Below, in pieces: positions 1-8,954 of a DNA stretch of 64,000 bases. The stretch is from assembly GCA_016715645.1 (NCBI GenBank), contig JADJZR010000008.1, positions 48,241 to 112,240 of the forward strand, written 5' to 3'. Position 1 is the first letter of the stretch. The number at the start of each line of letters is the position of its first letter. Under the pieces are notes generated by a model. The model had not been told where the DNA came from. It made no database searches and worked only from the letters and a program-made list of their open reading frames with translations. This DNA is from Elusimicrobiota bacterium. Its GTDB lineage: Bacteria; Elusimicrobiota; Elusimicrobia; FEN-1173. The translations under genes and the position numbers were made by a program.

Positions 1-1248
1 GCCAGGGGAGGGACCATTTTTCTCGGGGTTAACGATGAAAGTCAAATTATCGGCGAAAAGCTCACCAACCGGATGAAAGCGGAAATTCTGTCCCTGGCGA
101 GAAAGTGTGAACCGCCGGTGCCCCTCTCAAAAATTTCGCAGATCGGCAAGACGGTCGCTATCGAGGTGTCGGAGGGTCCGAAGAAACCTTACAGTTGCTC
201 CTCCGGCTATTTTCGCAGATTGGACGCGGTGACTCAAAAGATGACCCATGAGGAAGTGGGTCTTTTGTTCAGGAACGCCGATGAACTCTCGTTTGAGGAG
301 CGGCCTTGCCGGGACGTCTCCTGGACCGACATTTCAGAGGAAAAAATTAAAATTTTTTTCGAAGAAGCCGGAATCCATGCGGGAGAAAGAACCCCGCGGG
401 ATATTTTGACCAGTCTCAATCTCGCGTCGAAAGAAGGCATCAAAAACGCGGGCGTTCTTTTCTTTGCCCGAGAACCCCGACGTCCTCTGTTGCAATGCGA
501 AGCGATCCTTGTTTCTTTCAAGGGCACGAAGGGCGTGGATATTTTGGACCGAAAAGACATACAAGACGACCTCCGGACCCAGTATCAAGAGGCCATGGTT
601 TTTTTAAAACGGCATTTAAGCGTCAGAACCAATATCCAGGGGTTCGATCGCAAAGATTACTACGAAATCCCTCTGGAAGCGTTGCGCGAGGCGGTGGCCA
701 ACGCCGTCATTCATCGGGACTACGGGGTGCGCGGGACGAGCTTGATGGTGGAAGTTCACGAGGACCGGGTGGTGATCAAAAATCCGGGGGGGTTTCCAGC
801 GGGCATGAGCCGGCAGAAAATCGGAGATCTCTCGGTGCGGCGCAACGAATTGATCGCCGACATGTTTGCCCGCATGCACCGGGTGGAACGCATGGGTTCC
901 GGATTTAAGCGGATTCGCGAAAGCATGGAAAAGGCCGGGTTGCCCTTCCCTAAGATATCCAGCAACGGTTTTTTCATTATTGAATTTGCCAGGCCCCCGC
1001 TGGCTGAGCAGGCCGGGAATCAAAGTTCGGTGAAAAGTTCGGTGAAAAGTTCGGTGAAAATTGTTGATCTCATCCGCCAATACAAGGACATAACAATTCC
1101 TGTGATGGCGGAAAGATTAAATTTGACAACACGCGCTGTTGAAAAACAACTGGAGAAATTGCAGACGACCGGCCGTGTCCGCCGTGTGGGTCCCGACAAG
1201 GGGGGGCATTGGGTAATTACGGAGATTAAAGGTAGTGAAAACACGTGA
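1..1248 (+). CDS. Schlafen/AlbA_2 + HATPase_c_4 + C-terminal wHTH protein (COG2865, often annotated RecG-like transcriptional regulator); 5' end lies outside the window
   Basis: The reading frame is open from base 1 and joins ORF 73..1248. Motifs present: GTIFLGVNDES (AlbA_2), ALREAVANAVIHRDYGVRGTSLMVEV (HATPase_c_4), and a C-terminal HTH-like segment. An in-frame SSVKx3 tandem repeat occurs near the C-terminus. Confidence 0.7.
   Translation, partial: ARGGTIFLGVNDESQIIGEKLTNRMKAEILSLARKCEPPVPLSKISQIGKTVAIEVSEGPKKPYSCSSGYFRRLDAVTQKMTHEEVGLLFRNADELSFEERPCRDVSWTDISEEKIKIFFEEAGIHAGERTPRDILTSLNLASKEGIKNAGVLFFAREPRRPLLQCEAILVSFKGTKGVDILDRKDIQDDLRTQYQEAMVFLKRHLSVRTNIQGFDRKDYYEIPLEALREAVANAVIHRDYGVRGTSLMVEVHEDRVVIKNPGGFPAGMSRQKIGDLSVRRNELIADMFARMHRVERMGSGFKRIRESMEKAGLPFPKISSNGFFIIEFARPPLAEQAGNQSSVKSSVKSSVKIVDLIRQYKDITIPVMAERLNLTTRAVEKQLEKLQTTGRVRRVGPDKGGHWVITEIKGSENT
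1024..1059 (+). repeat. Perfect 12-nt x3 in-frame tandem repeat (agttcggtgaaa) encoding SSVK-SSVK-SSVK
   Basis: Read directly from the sequence; it lies inside the COG2865-like CDS. Confidence 0.9.
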
Positions 1249-1718
1249 ACAGGGCCATGCCACGCAATGGGGTAACGAATAGGGTCATAGCATCTTCCGG
1301 GAGTCCAATGAACCGGCCCATCGGAGAAATCCCGAAGGCGGTGAGTCTCCGCCGAATTCGAACTTCAAGTGACGCGCGCCCGCCGTCCCCCACCGCCCTG
1401 TTCGAATCCCTCTCCGAATCGCGGATCTCTGTTCTTTATCTAGCCCGCCAGGCCAAAGAAGGCAAGAACACTGACCTGGCCAAGCGATTGACCGCCCAAG
1501 GCCAATCCCTGCGCCAGGAAATAACCCGAATTCGCCAAACAGCGACCGCCGTCTGGACCAAAGAAACCCAATCGCTCATCGCCCAGGCCGGGACCGCCCA
1601 ATCCGAACTTGCTAAACTCATCAAAGACGCTGACAAAAGCGCAAAGAAAACGAAGGCCTTTGCCCGCGCCCTCGCCGCCGTATCAAACGTCCTCGCGTTA
1701 GCGAAAAAGGCGATCTAA
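1245..1718 (+). CDS. Hypothetical small alpha-helical protein, paralog A of a duplicated pair (true start may be the internal Met near 1308)
   Basis: ORF 1245..1718. Shares the conserved block STALFESLSESRISVLYLAR...AQSELAK...ALA..S.VLALAKK with ORF 2247..2612. No recognisable family. Confidence 0.45.
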   Translation: MNRAMPRNGVTNRVIASSGSPMNRPIGEIPKAVSLRRIRTSSDARPPSPTALFESLSESRISVLYLARQAKEGKNTDLAKRLTAQGQSLRQEITRIRQTATAVWTKETQSLIAQAGTAQSELAKLIKDADKSAKKTKAFARALAAVSNVLALAKKAI

Positions 1719-1728
1719 TGGAATCCGC

Positions 1729-2250
1729 ATGAAACCCCATTCAGGCTATATTCGATTGCTTAAGGCCATAGAAGGGACCAATGCCCACATGGCTGGTCGC
1801 GTTGCGACTGTGGTCAATCAGGCTCTGACCCTGCGGAATTGGCTGATCGGATCTCATATAGTGGAATATGAACAGCATGGTTTAGATCGGGCGAGATATG
1901 GAGTTCGGTTGCTGGATCGACTCTCCAAAGATCTGAAAAAGAAAGGGGTCCGCGGTCTGGATGTTCGTGCGCTGAGGGACTGTCGGTTGTTCTTTCGTTT
2001 CTATCCTCAAATTCGGGGGTCAGTGACCCCCGAATTGGTGGTCCCGCCACACCTAACGGCATTACTGAACCACTGCAGTGAAAAAGACCAGACCGTTGTT
2101 GAATTCACAACGGCTGGGATGGACAACAAGCTGTTTGTGTCCCGATATCAAACCTCCCTCCCATCGGTTGACCAGTTAAAAAAACTAGTGGAAGCCGATC
2201 GTGCCCAATTGAAATATAGTGGACCCTCTGTGAAGGGGAACCTCCCATGA
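1729..2250 (+). CDS. DUF1016 (YhcG) N-terminal-domain protein; short form that lacks the PDDEXK nuclease half
   Basis: Pattern ...VNQALTLRNWLIGSHIVEYEQHG..RARYGVRLLDRLSKDL...GLDVRALRDCRLFFRFYP resembles the YhcG N-terminal domain. At 173 aa it is about half of a full-length DUF1016 protein. Confidence 0.45.
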   Translation: MKPHSGYIRLLKAIEGTNAHMAGRVATVVNQALTLRNWLIGSHIVEYEQHGLDRARYGVRLLDRLSKDLKKKGVRGLDVRALRDCRLFFRFYPQIRGSVTPELVVPPHLTALLNHCSEKDQTVVEFTTAGMDNKLFVSRYQTSLPSVDQLKKLVEADRAQLKYSGPSVKGNLP

Positions 2251-2612
2251 ATCGGGTTTCAAATTCAACACACCAATCCCCCTCCACCGCCCTGTTCGAA
2301 TCCCTGTCCGAATCGCGGATCTCTGTCCTTTATCTGGCCCGCCGGGCCAAAGAAACCAAGGACATGGCCCTGGCCAAAGAATTAACCGAAAAAGGTCAAT
2401 CGCTCAAAATTGAAATGGCCAGAATTCGCCGAACACTCACTGTCGAATGGACCAAAGAGGCCGCCGCCCTTCTGAAACGCTCAAAAACCGCCCAATCCGA
2501 ACTGGCCAAACATGTGGCGGACGCGGAAAAAAGCGCCCGGAAAACAAAGGCCCTCGCCCGGGCCCTAACCGCTGTGTCAAAGGTCCTTGCGCTCGCGAAA
2601 AAGGTTCTTTGA
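2247..2612 (+). CDS. Hypothetical small alpha-helical protein, paralog B of the duplicated pair
   Basis: About 50% amino-acid identity to ORF 1245..1718, with a near-identical ~70-nt 5' segment. Its stop overlaps the next start (TGATG). Confidence 0.5.
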   Translation: MNRVSNSTHQSPSTALFESLSESRISVLYLARRAKETKDMALAKELTEKGQSLKIEMARIRRTLTVEWTKEAAALLKRSKTAQSELAKHVADAEKSARKTKALARALTAVSKVLALAKKVL

Positions 2613-3838
2613 TGGAATCCACGGACTTTCTCATCGTCGGCGCCGGAATCGTGGGGCTGGCCGTAGCCAATGAGTTACGTCGACGCCACCCCAAAGCCAA
2701 CATCGTCGTTTTGGAAAAGGAAACGGAAGTGGGTTGCCACGCCAGTGGCCGAAACAGCGGGGTGTTGCACTCGGGTATTTACTATTCGCCGGGGACACTC
2801 AAGGCGAAATTTTGCGCGGAAGGCGCCCGCCGAATGTTGGCGTTCGCTAAAGAAAATGGTGTGGCCCATCGCGTGGCGGGGAAAGTGATTCTCGCTGTCG
2901 GACCGGAAGACCTCCCCGGACTGGAGCGGTTGGAACAAAACGCCAAAGCCAACGGGATTCGCGCCGTCCGTTTGTCCGCCCAAACACTCATGGAGATCGA
3001 ACCCCACGCTACGCCAGGAGAAGCGATCCATTGTTTGGACACCGCGGTGGTGGACGCCCCGGCCGTGGTGCAAGCGTTGGCCGAAAAAGTGGAATTAAGC
3101 GGAACTCGTTTTTTCTTTGGCGAAGAGGTGATCGAGGCAGAAGAAACCGCGGTAATAACGCGTTCTGGTCGAAAGTTGAAATTTGAAAAGATGATTAATT
3201 GTGCGGGCGCCCACGCGGATAAAGTGGCCAGGCTGTTCGGCCTGGCCAAGGATCATATTTTGGTTCCCTTCAAAGGGCTCTATTGGAAACTGCGTAATGG
3301 GGCCGACCATTGGGTTCGCGAAAGCATCTACCCTGTTCCGGACCTCAATTTTCCGTTTTTAGGCATTCACCTGACCCGCGGCGTGGGGGGCGACGTCTAC
3401 GTGGGCCCCACCGCCATTCCCGCTTTCGGAAGGGAAAATTATGGACTGCTGGAAGGAATCACCCCTGGCGAAAGCGCTCAAATAATGGGACGATTAACGA
3501 AAATGTATTTCCAAAAAGACCCCACGTTTCGACGACTGGTCAACCGTGAGATGGGTCATTACGTGAAAACCGGTTTTCTCAAAGCGGTTCAACGTTTGGT
3601 GCCCGCTCTTTCGGTGGAAGATCTGGTCCCATCGAACAAAGTCGGCATCCGCCCTCAACTGGTCCGCCGTACCGGTGAACTGGAAATGGATTTCCATATG
3701 GAACAGACCGACAATTCGTTGCATGTGTTGAACGCGATTTCACCGGCGTTCACCTGTTCCCTCGCCTTTGCCGAAAAAATCGTTGACGAGGTGGAGAGAC
3801 AAGGCGGTGAAGTCAAAGAAGAGGTCAAGGTCGCATGA
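2612..3838 (+). CDS. FAD-dependent oxidoreductase, L-2-hydroxyglutarate oxidase (LhgO/YgaF)-like
   Basis: ATG at 2612 (MESTDFLIVGAGIVGLAVANEL, an FAD-binding GxGxxG). CHASGRNSGVLHSGIYYSPGTLKAKFC closely matches the LhgO family. The upstream in-frame extension of ORF 2447 is probably not translated. Confidence 0.65.
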   Translation: MESTDFLIVGAGIVGLAVANELRRRHPKANIVVLEKETEVGCHASGRNSGVLHSGIYYSPGTLKAKFCAEGARRMLAFAKENGVAHRVAGKVILAVGPEDLPGLERLEQNAKANGIRAVRLSAQTLMEIEPHATPGEAIHCLDTAVVDAPAVVQALAEKVELSGTRFFFGEEVIEAEETAVITRSGRKLKFEKMINCAGAHADKVARLFGLAKDHILVPFKGLYWKLRNGADHWVRESIYPVPDLNFPFLGIHLTRGVGGDVYVGPTAIPAFGRENYGLLEGITPGESAQIMGRLTKMYFQKDPTFRRLVNREMGHYVKTGFLKAVQRLVPALSVEDLVPSNKVGIRPQLVRRTGELEMDFHMEQTDNSLHVLNAISPAFTCSLAFAEKIVDEVERQGGEVKEEVKVA

Positions 3839-4467
3839 GAAAAAATAAAAGGCCCGTTTGGAAAAACCCCACCGGTCGTCACGCCATGAGTTTCCTCGTG
3901 AACTTGGAAGAGATTGAAAAAGAGTTCCAGGTGACGAACAAACACAAAAAGCCGCTCTCGCTCGTGGACGGGTTTGCCCAAGCGATGGGCTTGATGGTGG
4001 ACGCCGCGCGCCGGAATAAGAAGCTCATTTTTGTGGGAAACGGGGGAAGCGCCGCGATTGCCAGTCACCAAGCCGTGGATTTTTGGAAGAACGGGGGAAT
4101 TAAAGCCCTGACGTTTAATGACGCAAGTCTTTTAACGTGCCTAGGGAATGACTGCGGTTATGAGAACGTTTTTTCCGAGCCGGTGCGCCGATTCGCCGAG
4201 TCGGGGGATGTGGTGTTGGCCATCAGCAGTTCGGGTCGTTCGCCCAATATTCTCAACGCCGTCACCGCAGCCCGTTCGGTGGGGAGCCGTGTTATTACTT
4301 TCTCAGGATTTACCGGTGACAATCCTCTTCGGAAAATGGGTGACGTGAACTTTTTCGTTCCCGTGCGGGCTTATGGGTTGGTGGAAGTCAGTCATCTCAT
4401 CCTGATCCATGCCATGTTGCGGGAAATCATCTACATCAATCCTCATGTGAAGAAATCGGGATATTGA
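3835..4467 (+). CDS. gmhA: SIS-domain sedoheptulose-7-phosphate isomerase (GmhA-like)
   Basis: Matches the GmhA/DiaA SIS family: KLIFVGNGGSAAIASHQAVDF, VVLAISSSGRSPNILNAV, ITFSGFTG. The ATGA overlaps the upstream stop; an alternative start is the Met at 3886. Confidence 0.65.
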   Translation: MRKNKRPVWKNPTGRHAMSFLVNLEEIEKEFQVTNKHKKPLSLVDGFAQAMGLMVDAARRNKKLIFVGNGGSAAIASHQAVDFWKNGGIKALTFNDASLLTCLGNDCGYENVFSEPVRRFAESGDVVLAISSSGRSPNILNAVTAARSVGSRVITFSGFTGDNPLRKMGDVNFFVPVRAYGLVEVSHLILIHAMLREIIYINPHVKKSGY

Positions 4468-5471
4468 GGAACAATGTGATAAAAAAAGCGGTCGTCACCG
4501 GCGGGTTGGGGTTTATCGGAAGCCACCTTGCGGAAGCTCTATTGGCTCGGGAGATTCAAACGACCATTGTTGACAACGCCTCCACCGGTCGACACGAAAA
4601 CATTCGCACGTTCGCGAACCACCCTCTCCTGACGGTCCTCCAGGCGGACGTGGCTTCTGACGATTTGGCGGGAGGGTTTGGCAACGCCGACGTTGTTTTT
4701 CACTTGGCCGGGTTGGCGGACATCGTTCCTTCGATCCAGCGTCCCATGGATTATTGCCGGACCAACATCACGGGAACGTTGCGTGTTTTGGAAGCGGCCC
4801 GGCAGGCCAAAGTCTCCCGTGTCGTCTATGCCGCCTCCTCGTCCTGCTATGGCCTCCCCGACATTTTTCCAACACCGGAGACCGCCCCCATCCGTCCCCA
4901 ATACCCCTACGCGCTCTCGAAGTGGATGGGCGAAGAGGCCGTGCATCATTGGGGGCGTGTCTACGGTCTAAAAACCACGTCGCTTCGACTTTTTAATGTG
5001 TACGGGCCCCGTTCCCGCACGACCGGAGCCTACGGCGCCGTTTTTGGTGTTTTTCTGGCCCAAAAGCTGGCAGAGAAACCGCTAACCATTGTTGGAGATG
5101 GAACCCAACAGCGAGATTTTATTTATGTCTCAGATGTGGTGGAGGCGTTCCTGGCCGCTGGAGAATCGACTTTGTCAAGGGAAGTTTTTAATGTGGCGGG
5201 GGGAAACCCGGTTGCGGTGAACACGCTGGCCGGTTTGGTGGGAGGTTCTCGGGTGGAAATTCCAAAACGTCCCGGAGAACCGGATGTGACGCACGGGGAC
5301 ATCACAAAAATTAAATCGGCCTTGGGCTGGGCGCCGCGCGTGTCGTTTGAGCAAGGGGTCGCCCGGGTCATGGCGCGTCTGGACGATTGGCGGAATGCCC
5401 CCGTGTGGACCCCCGCGTCGATAGCGGAAGCCACGGCGGATTGGTTTGCCCATTTGGGCAAGGGGAAATAA
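4464..5471 (+). CDS. NAD-dependent sugar epimerase/dehydratase (extended SDR)
   Basis: VVTGGLGFIGSHL Rossmann motif, YxxxK (YPYALSK), typical WcaG-like length. Confidence 0.75.
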   Translation: MRNNVIKKAVVTGGLGFIGSHLAEALLAREIQTTIVDNASTGRHENIRTFANHPLLTVLQADVASDDLAGGFGNADVVFHLAGLADIVPSIQRPMDYCRTNITGTLRVLEAARQAKVSRVVYAASSSCYGLPDIFPTPETAPIRPQYPYALSKWMGEEAVHHWGRVYGLKTTSLRLFNVYGPRSRTTGAYGAVFGVFLAQKLAEKPLTIVGDGTQQRDFIYVSDVVEAFLAAGESTLSREVFNVAGGNPVAVNTLAGLVGGSRVEIPKRPGEPDVTHGDITKIKSALGWAPRVSFEQGVARVMARLDDWRNAPVWTPASIAEATADWFAHLGKGK

Positions 5472-6994
5472 TGGACTCAAAAAAAATTATGGAGTTGGAT
5501 GCGTTGGCACTACAAGTTACGGACTGGAAACGGCAGGGCAAACGGGTGGTGCAGTGCCACGGCGTCTTTGACCTGTTGCACGTGGGGCATATTCGCCATT
5601 TAAATGAGGCCAAACGGTTCGGAGACTATTTAATCGTCACGCTGACCCCCGACCATCTCGTGAACAAAGGCCCCCATCGCCCTGCGTTTCCCCAACATCT
5701 CCGGGCAGAGGTGATGGCGGCTCTGGACGTGGTGGACGGTGTTGCGATCAATCGATGGCCCTCTGCGGTGGAATCCATCGGCCTTCTCAAACCAAACGTC
5801 TACGCCAAGGGGCCGGACTATCGAAAGGCGTCGGACGACGTCACGGGCGGAATTCTCCGGGAAGAAGAGGCCGTCCGCGCGGTGGGGGGCGAAATCCGTT
5901 TTACCGATGACGTGACGTTTAGTTCATCCAGCCTGGTCAATCTCCATTTAGATCTGCTTCCCCCGGAAGTCAAATCGTTCCTGGATGGTTTCCGTAAGAA
6001 ATACACAAAGGACGATATTTTCCGCTACATCGAAAGTCTTAAGGGTTTGCGGGTTGCGGTGGTGGGAGAAACCATTTTGGATGAGTATGTTTATTGTGAA
6101 GCCATGGGGAAATCTTCCAAAGAACCCACTTTGGCTGTACTTCGCCGGTCCCAGGAATTATTCGCGGGGGGGGCTTTGGCCATTGCCAACCATCTGGCGC
6201 AATTCTGCTCGGAAGTAGAGGTGATCACCTATTTGGGCGAACGGGATTCACAGGAAGAATTTGTCCGGAAAAGCCTGAATCCGCGCGTGCGGCTGACGGC
6301 CGTGAAAAAGCCGGGAGCCCCCACCATTGTCAAACGTCGCTACGTGGAGTCGTATCTTTTGTCAAAAATGTTTGAAGTCTATGATATGGACGACGAGGCC
6401 CTGACGGGCATTGCGGAAAATTCACTTTGCCAAGCAATGGAGTCTTCTTTTTCTAAAGTCGATGCGGTTCTTGTGGCCGATTATGGGCACGGTCTCATGA
6501 CGTCTAAGGCGGTGGCCCTGGCCTGTCAAAAGGCGCCTTTTCTGACGGTCAATACCCAGATCAACGCCGCCAACATCGGATTCCATGCCATTTCCCGCTA
6601 TCCCAAAGCGAACCATGTGTGTATCCAGGAATCTGAGCTGCGGTTGGAATACCGAAGTCGCCGGGGCCCCGTCAATGCCATGGTAACCGATCTGGAACGT
6701 CGTCTTGCGTGCGAGCGGATAACGGTGACCCGCGGCAGAGCGGGTATTCTGGTCCATGACCAGAAAGGTGATTTCCATCAATCTCCTGCCTTTGCCGTTA
6801 AGGTTTTGGATCGGATTGGGGCGGGAGACGCGGTTCTTGCGCTCACGTCCCTTTGCGCCGTGGCTGGCGTTCCGCCGGACGTTTCGGCGTTCCTGGGCAA
6901 TCTGGCGGGCGCCCAAGCGGTCACGATCATCGGCAACAAGACTTCCATTGATAAGGCGCTCCTTTTAAAAGCCGCCGAAGCCATGCTGAAATAA
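5471..6994 (+). CDS. hldE: Bifunctional heptose-7-phosphate kinase / heptose-1-phosphate nucleotidyltransferase (HldE/RfaE-like) with reversed domain order
   Basis: The N-terminus is a cytidylyltransferase-fold domain (VVQCHGVFDLLHVGHIRHLNEAKRFGDYLIVTLTPD, the RfaE domain-II signature). The C-terminus is a PfkB/ribokinase-like kinase (DRIGAGDAVLA). ATG at 5471 directly follows the upstream stop. Confidence 0.7.
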   Translation: MDSKKIMELDALALQVTDWKRQGKRVVQCHGVFDLLHVGHIRHLNEAKRFGDYLIVTLTPDHLVNKGPHRPAFPQHLRAEVMAALDVVDGVAINRWPSAVESIGLLKPNVYAKGPDYRKASDDVTGGILREEEAVRAVGGEIRFTDDVTFSSSSLVNLHLDLLPPEVKSFLDGFRKKYTKDDIFRYIESLKGLRVAVVGETILDEYVYCEAMGKSSKEPTLAVLRRSQELFAGGALAIANHLAQFCSEVEVITYLGERDSQEEFVRKSLNPRVRLTAVKKPGAPTIVKRRYVESYLLSKMFEVYDMDDEALTGIAENSLCQAMESSFSKVDAVLVADYGHGLMTSKAVALACQKAPFLTVNTQINAANIGFHAISRYPKANHVCIQESELRLEYRSRRGPVNAMVTDLERRLACERITVTRGRAGILVHDQKGDFHQSPAFAVKVLDRIGAGDAVLALTSLCAVAGVPPDVSAFLGNLAGAQAVTIIGNKTSIDKALLLKAAEAMLK

Positions 6995-7080
6995 GGAGCC
7001 CCTTTTTTTCCTTCCCCTCTTGGGGGAAGGTGCCCCAAAGGGTCGGATGAGGGGAGGAATTTTTTCTTTAAGGAGTTAAA

Positions 7081-8082
7081 ATGGTTCGATTCAAAAAAAT
7101 TTTGGTCACTGGTGGAGCTGGCTATGTTGGTTCGGCCCTTGTGCCGGCCCTGCTGAAAGTCGGCTACACCGTGCGCGCGCTGGACTTGTATTTGTACGGC
7201 GACCCCTTAAAAGACGTCGCAACGAACCCCCAACTCGAACAGGTGAAAGGCGACCTCCGGGACCAGGTTGTTTTAGACAAAGCCGTCCAGGGCTGTGACG
7301 CGGTGATTCACTTAGCGTGTGTTTCCAACGATCCCAGCTTTGAATTGGATCCCGCTCTCGGAAAGTCCATCAACTACGACGCTTTCTTCGGACTCATGAA
7401 GGCCGTGCGAAAAGCCAGGGTTCAGCGGTTGATCTATGCGTCCAGTTCCAGCGTGTATGGTTTGCGGGAAGAACCGGATGTGCGCGAGGAAACCCCCTGC
7501 ACTCCTTTGACAGATTACTCGAAGTACAAGCTGATGTGCGAAGACGCGTTGCGCGCCGACGGCCTGGGCGGAGCGGAATACGTCATTGTTCGACCAGCCA
7601 CGGTCTGCGGCTACGCCCCGCGCATGCGGTTGGACCTTTCCGTCAATATCCTCACCATCCATGCCCTGGTCAAAAAACAGATCACTGTGTTCGGTGGCAG
7701 TCAACTTCGCCCCAACATCAATATTCTGGACATGGTGGACGTCTACAAGCTTTTGTTAGAGGCCCCAAAAGAAAAAATTCAGGGGGACGTTTTTAACGCG
7801 GGGTATGAGAACCTTTCCCTCTCTCGTATCGCTGAGATGGTCAAAAACCAACTCCAAGACCCGACCATCACCATTAAAGTGGAACCCACCAACGATCTGC
7901 GTTCCTATCACGTGAACTCCGACAAAATCGCCCGAATCCTGGGTTTCCGCGCGCGCCATACTGTCGAACAGGCGATTGAAAGCATTCACAAGGCTTTTCA
8001 GGAAGGAAAATTCCAAGACCCTCTGACGAACCCTCTTTATTACAACATCAAAACCATGCAACAGGCGAAGCTCGGGGGCTAA
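7081..8082 (+). CDS. NAD-dependent sugar epimerase/dehydratase (extended SDR)
   Basis: ILVTGGAGYVGSAL, YASSSSVYG, YxxxK (YSKYK). Confidence 0.75.
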   Translation: MVRFKKILVTGGAGYVGSALVPALLKVGYTVRALDLYLYGDPLKDVATNPQLEQVKGDLRDQVVLDKAVQGCDAVIHLACVSNDPSFELDPALGKSINYDAFFGLMKAVRKARVQRLIYASSSSVYGLREEPDVREETPCTPLTDYSKYKLMCEDALRADGLGGAEYVIVRPATVCGYAPRMRLDLSVNILTIHALVKKQITVFGGSQLRPNINILDMVDVYKLLLEAPKEKIQGDVFNAGYENLSLSRIAEMVKNQLQDPTITIKVEPTNDLRSYHVNSDKIARILGFRARHTVEQAIESIHKAFQEGKFQDPLTNPLYYNIKTMQQAKLGG

Positions 8083-8954
8083 TGGCATCTCCGGTTGACA
8101 TCGAAGCGTTGGATCTTAAGGCCTTGGCCCGGACCATCCGAGGCGACGTCATCGATATGTCCCACCGGGCAGAAACAGCCCATCTGGGGGGATCCCTTTC
8201 GGTGGTGGATATTTTGGTGGCGGCGTACTGGGGAGTTCTTTCTTTAGACCCGAAGGACCCCCTCGCCCCCGATCGGGATCTATTTATCTTTAGCAAGGGC
8301 CACGCCATCAGCGCTTTCTATTCTACGCTGGCCCACCGGGGTTTTTTCCCGATCCCCCTGCTGGAAACGTTTGCCGTTTCCGGTGGATCTCTTCCCGAAC
8401 ACCCCAGTCCTTCGTGTGTCCCCGGCCTAGAGTTCGCCACAGGGTCCCTCGGCCATGGGTTACCCGTTGGCCTTGGGATGGCCTGGGCCGCCCGGCGGCA
8501 GGGTCGTCTTTCGCGCGTGTTCGTCGTGATTAGCGACGGAGAAGCCAACGAGGGGTCCGTCTGGGAAGCCGCCCTTCTGGCGCCCGCCCAAAAGCTCGGC
8601 AACCTGGCGGTCATTGTCGATTACAACAAATGGCAAGCCACGGGCCGTAGCCACGAAGTGATGGCCCTTAATCCCCTAAAAGAAAAATGGCAATCCTTCG
8701 GCTGGAACGCGGTGGAGGTGGACGGACACGACATTCCCGCTCTGGTCGACGCTCTGAACAAACATCCCTATCATTCCTCCCAACCGTTGGCGATCGTGGC
8801 CCACACGGTGAAGGGGAAAGGTGTTTCTTTCATGGAAGATGACAACAACTGGCATTACCGCATTCCCACTGCCGATGAGGTCCGCCGGGACCGAGCGTTT
8901 TGTCCAGGAGGCCGAAAATTTGTGGAACTCGGGCCCTGGGCCAACCGGGGGTGA
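8082..8954 (+). CDS. Transketolase, N-terminal (ThDP/pyrophosphate-binding) subunit
   Basis: GHLGGSLSVVDILVAAYW, ISDGEANEGSVWEA and the GDG-like ThDP motif. Split form of about 290 aa. Confidence 0.8.
   Translation: MASPVDIEALDLKALARTIRGDVIDMSHRAETAHLGGSLSVVDILVAAYWGVLSLDPKDPLAPDRDLFIFSKGHAISAFYSTLAHRGFFPIPLLETFAVSGGSLPEHPSPSCVPGLEFATGSLGHGLPVGLGMAWAARRQGRLSRVFVVISDGEANEGSVWEAALLAPAQKLGNLAVIVDYNKWQATGRSHEVMALNPLKEKWQSFGWNAVEVDGHDIPALVDALNKHPYHSSQPLAIVAHTVKGKGVSFMEDDNNWHYRIPTADEVRRDRAFCPGGRKFVELGPWANRG

Noticed and set aside
616-1080. Numerous 60-220-aa ORFs on the minus strand overlapping + strand genes (for example 616..1080, 4539..4949, 14224..14763, 54187..54855, 55232..55900, 57046..57579, 61982..62608, 62532..63302)
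   Set aside because: They lie antisense to well-supported genes in GC-rich DNA, where stop codons are rare, and show no recognisable motifs. Treated as artefacts.
6995-7040. Hairpin ccttcccctcttgggggaagg after the hldE stop, considered as a rho-independent terminator
   Set aside because: The T-run lies 5' of the stem rather than 3' on the + strand, and on the minus strand it would be followed by A's. It may be a structural element but is not a canonical terminator.
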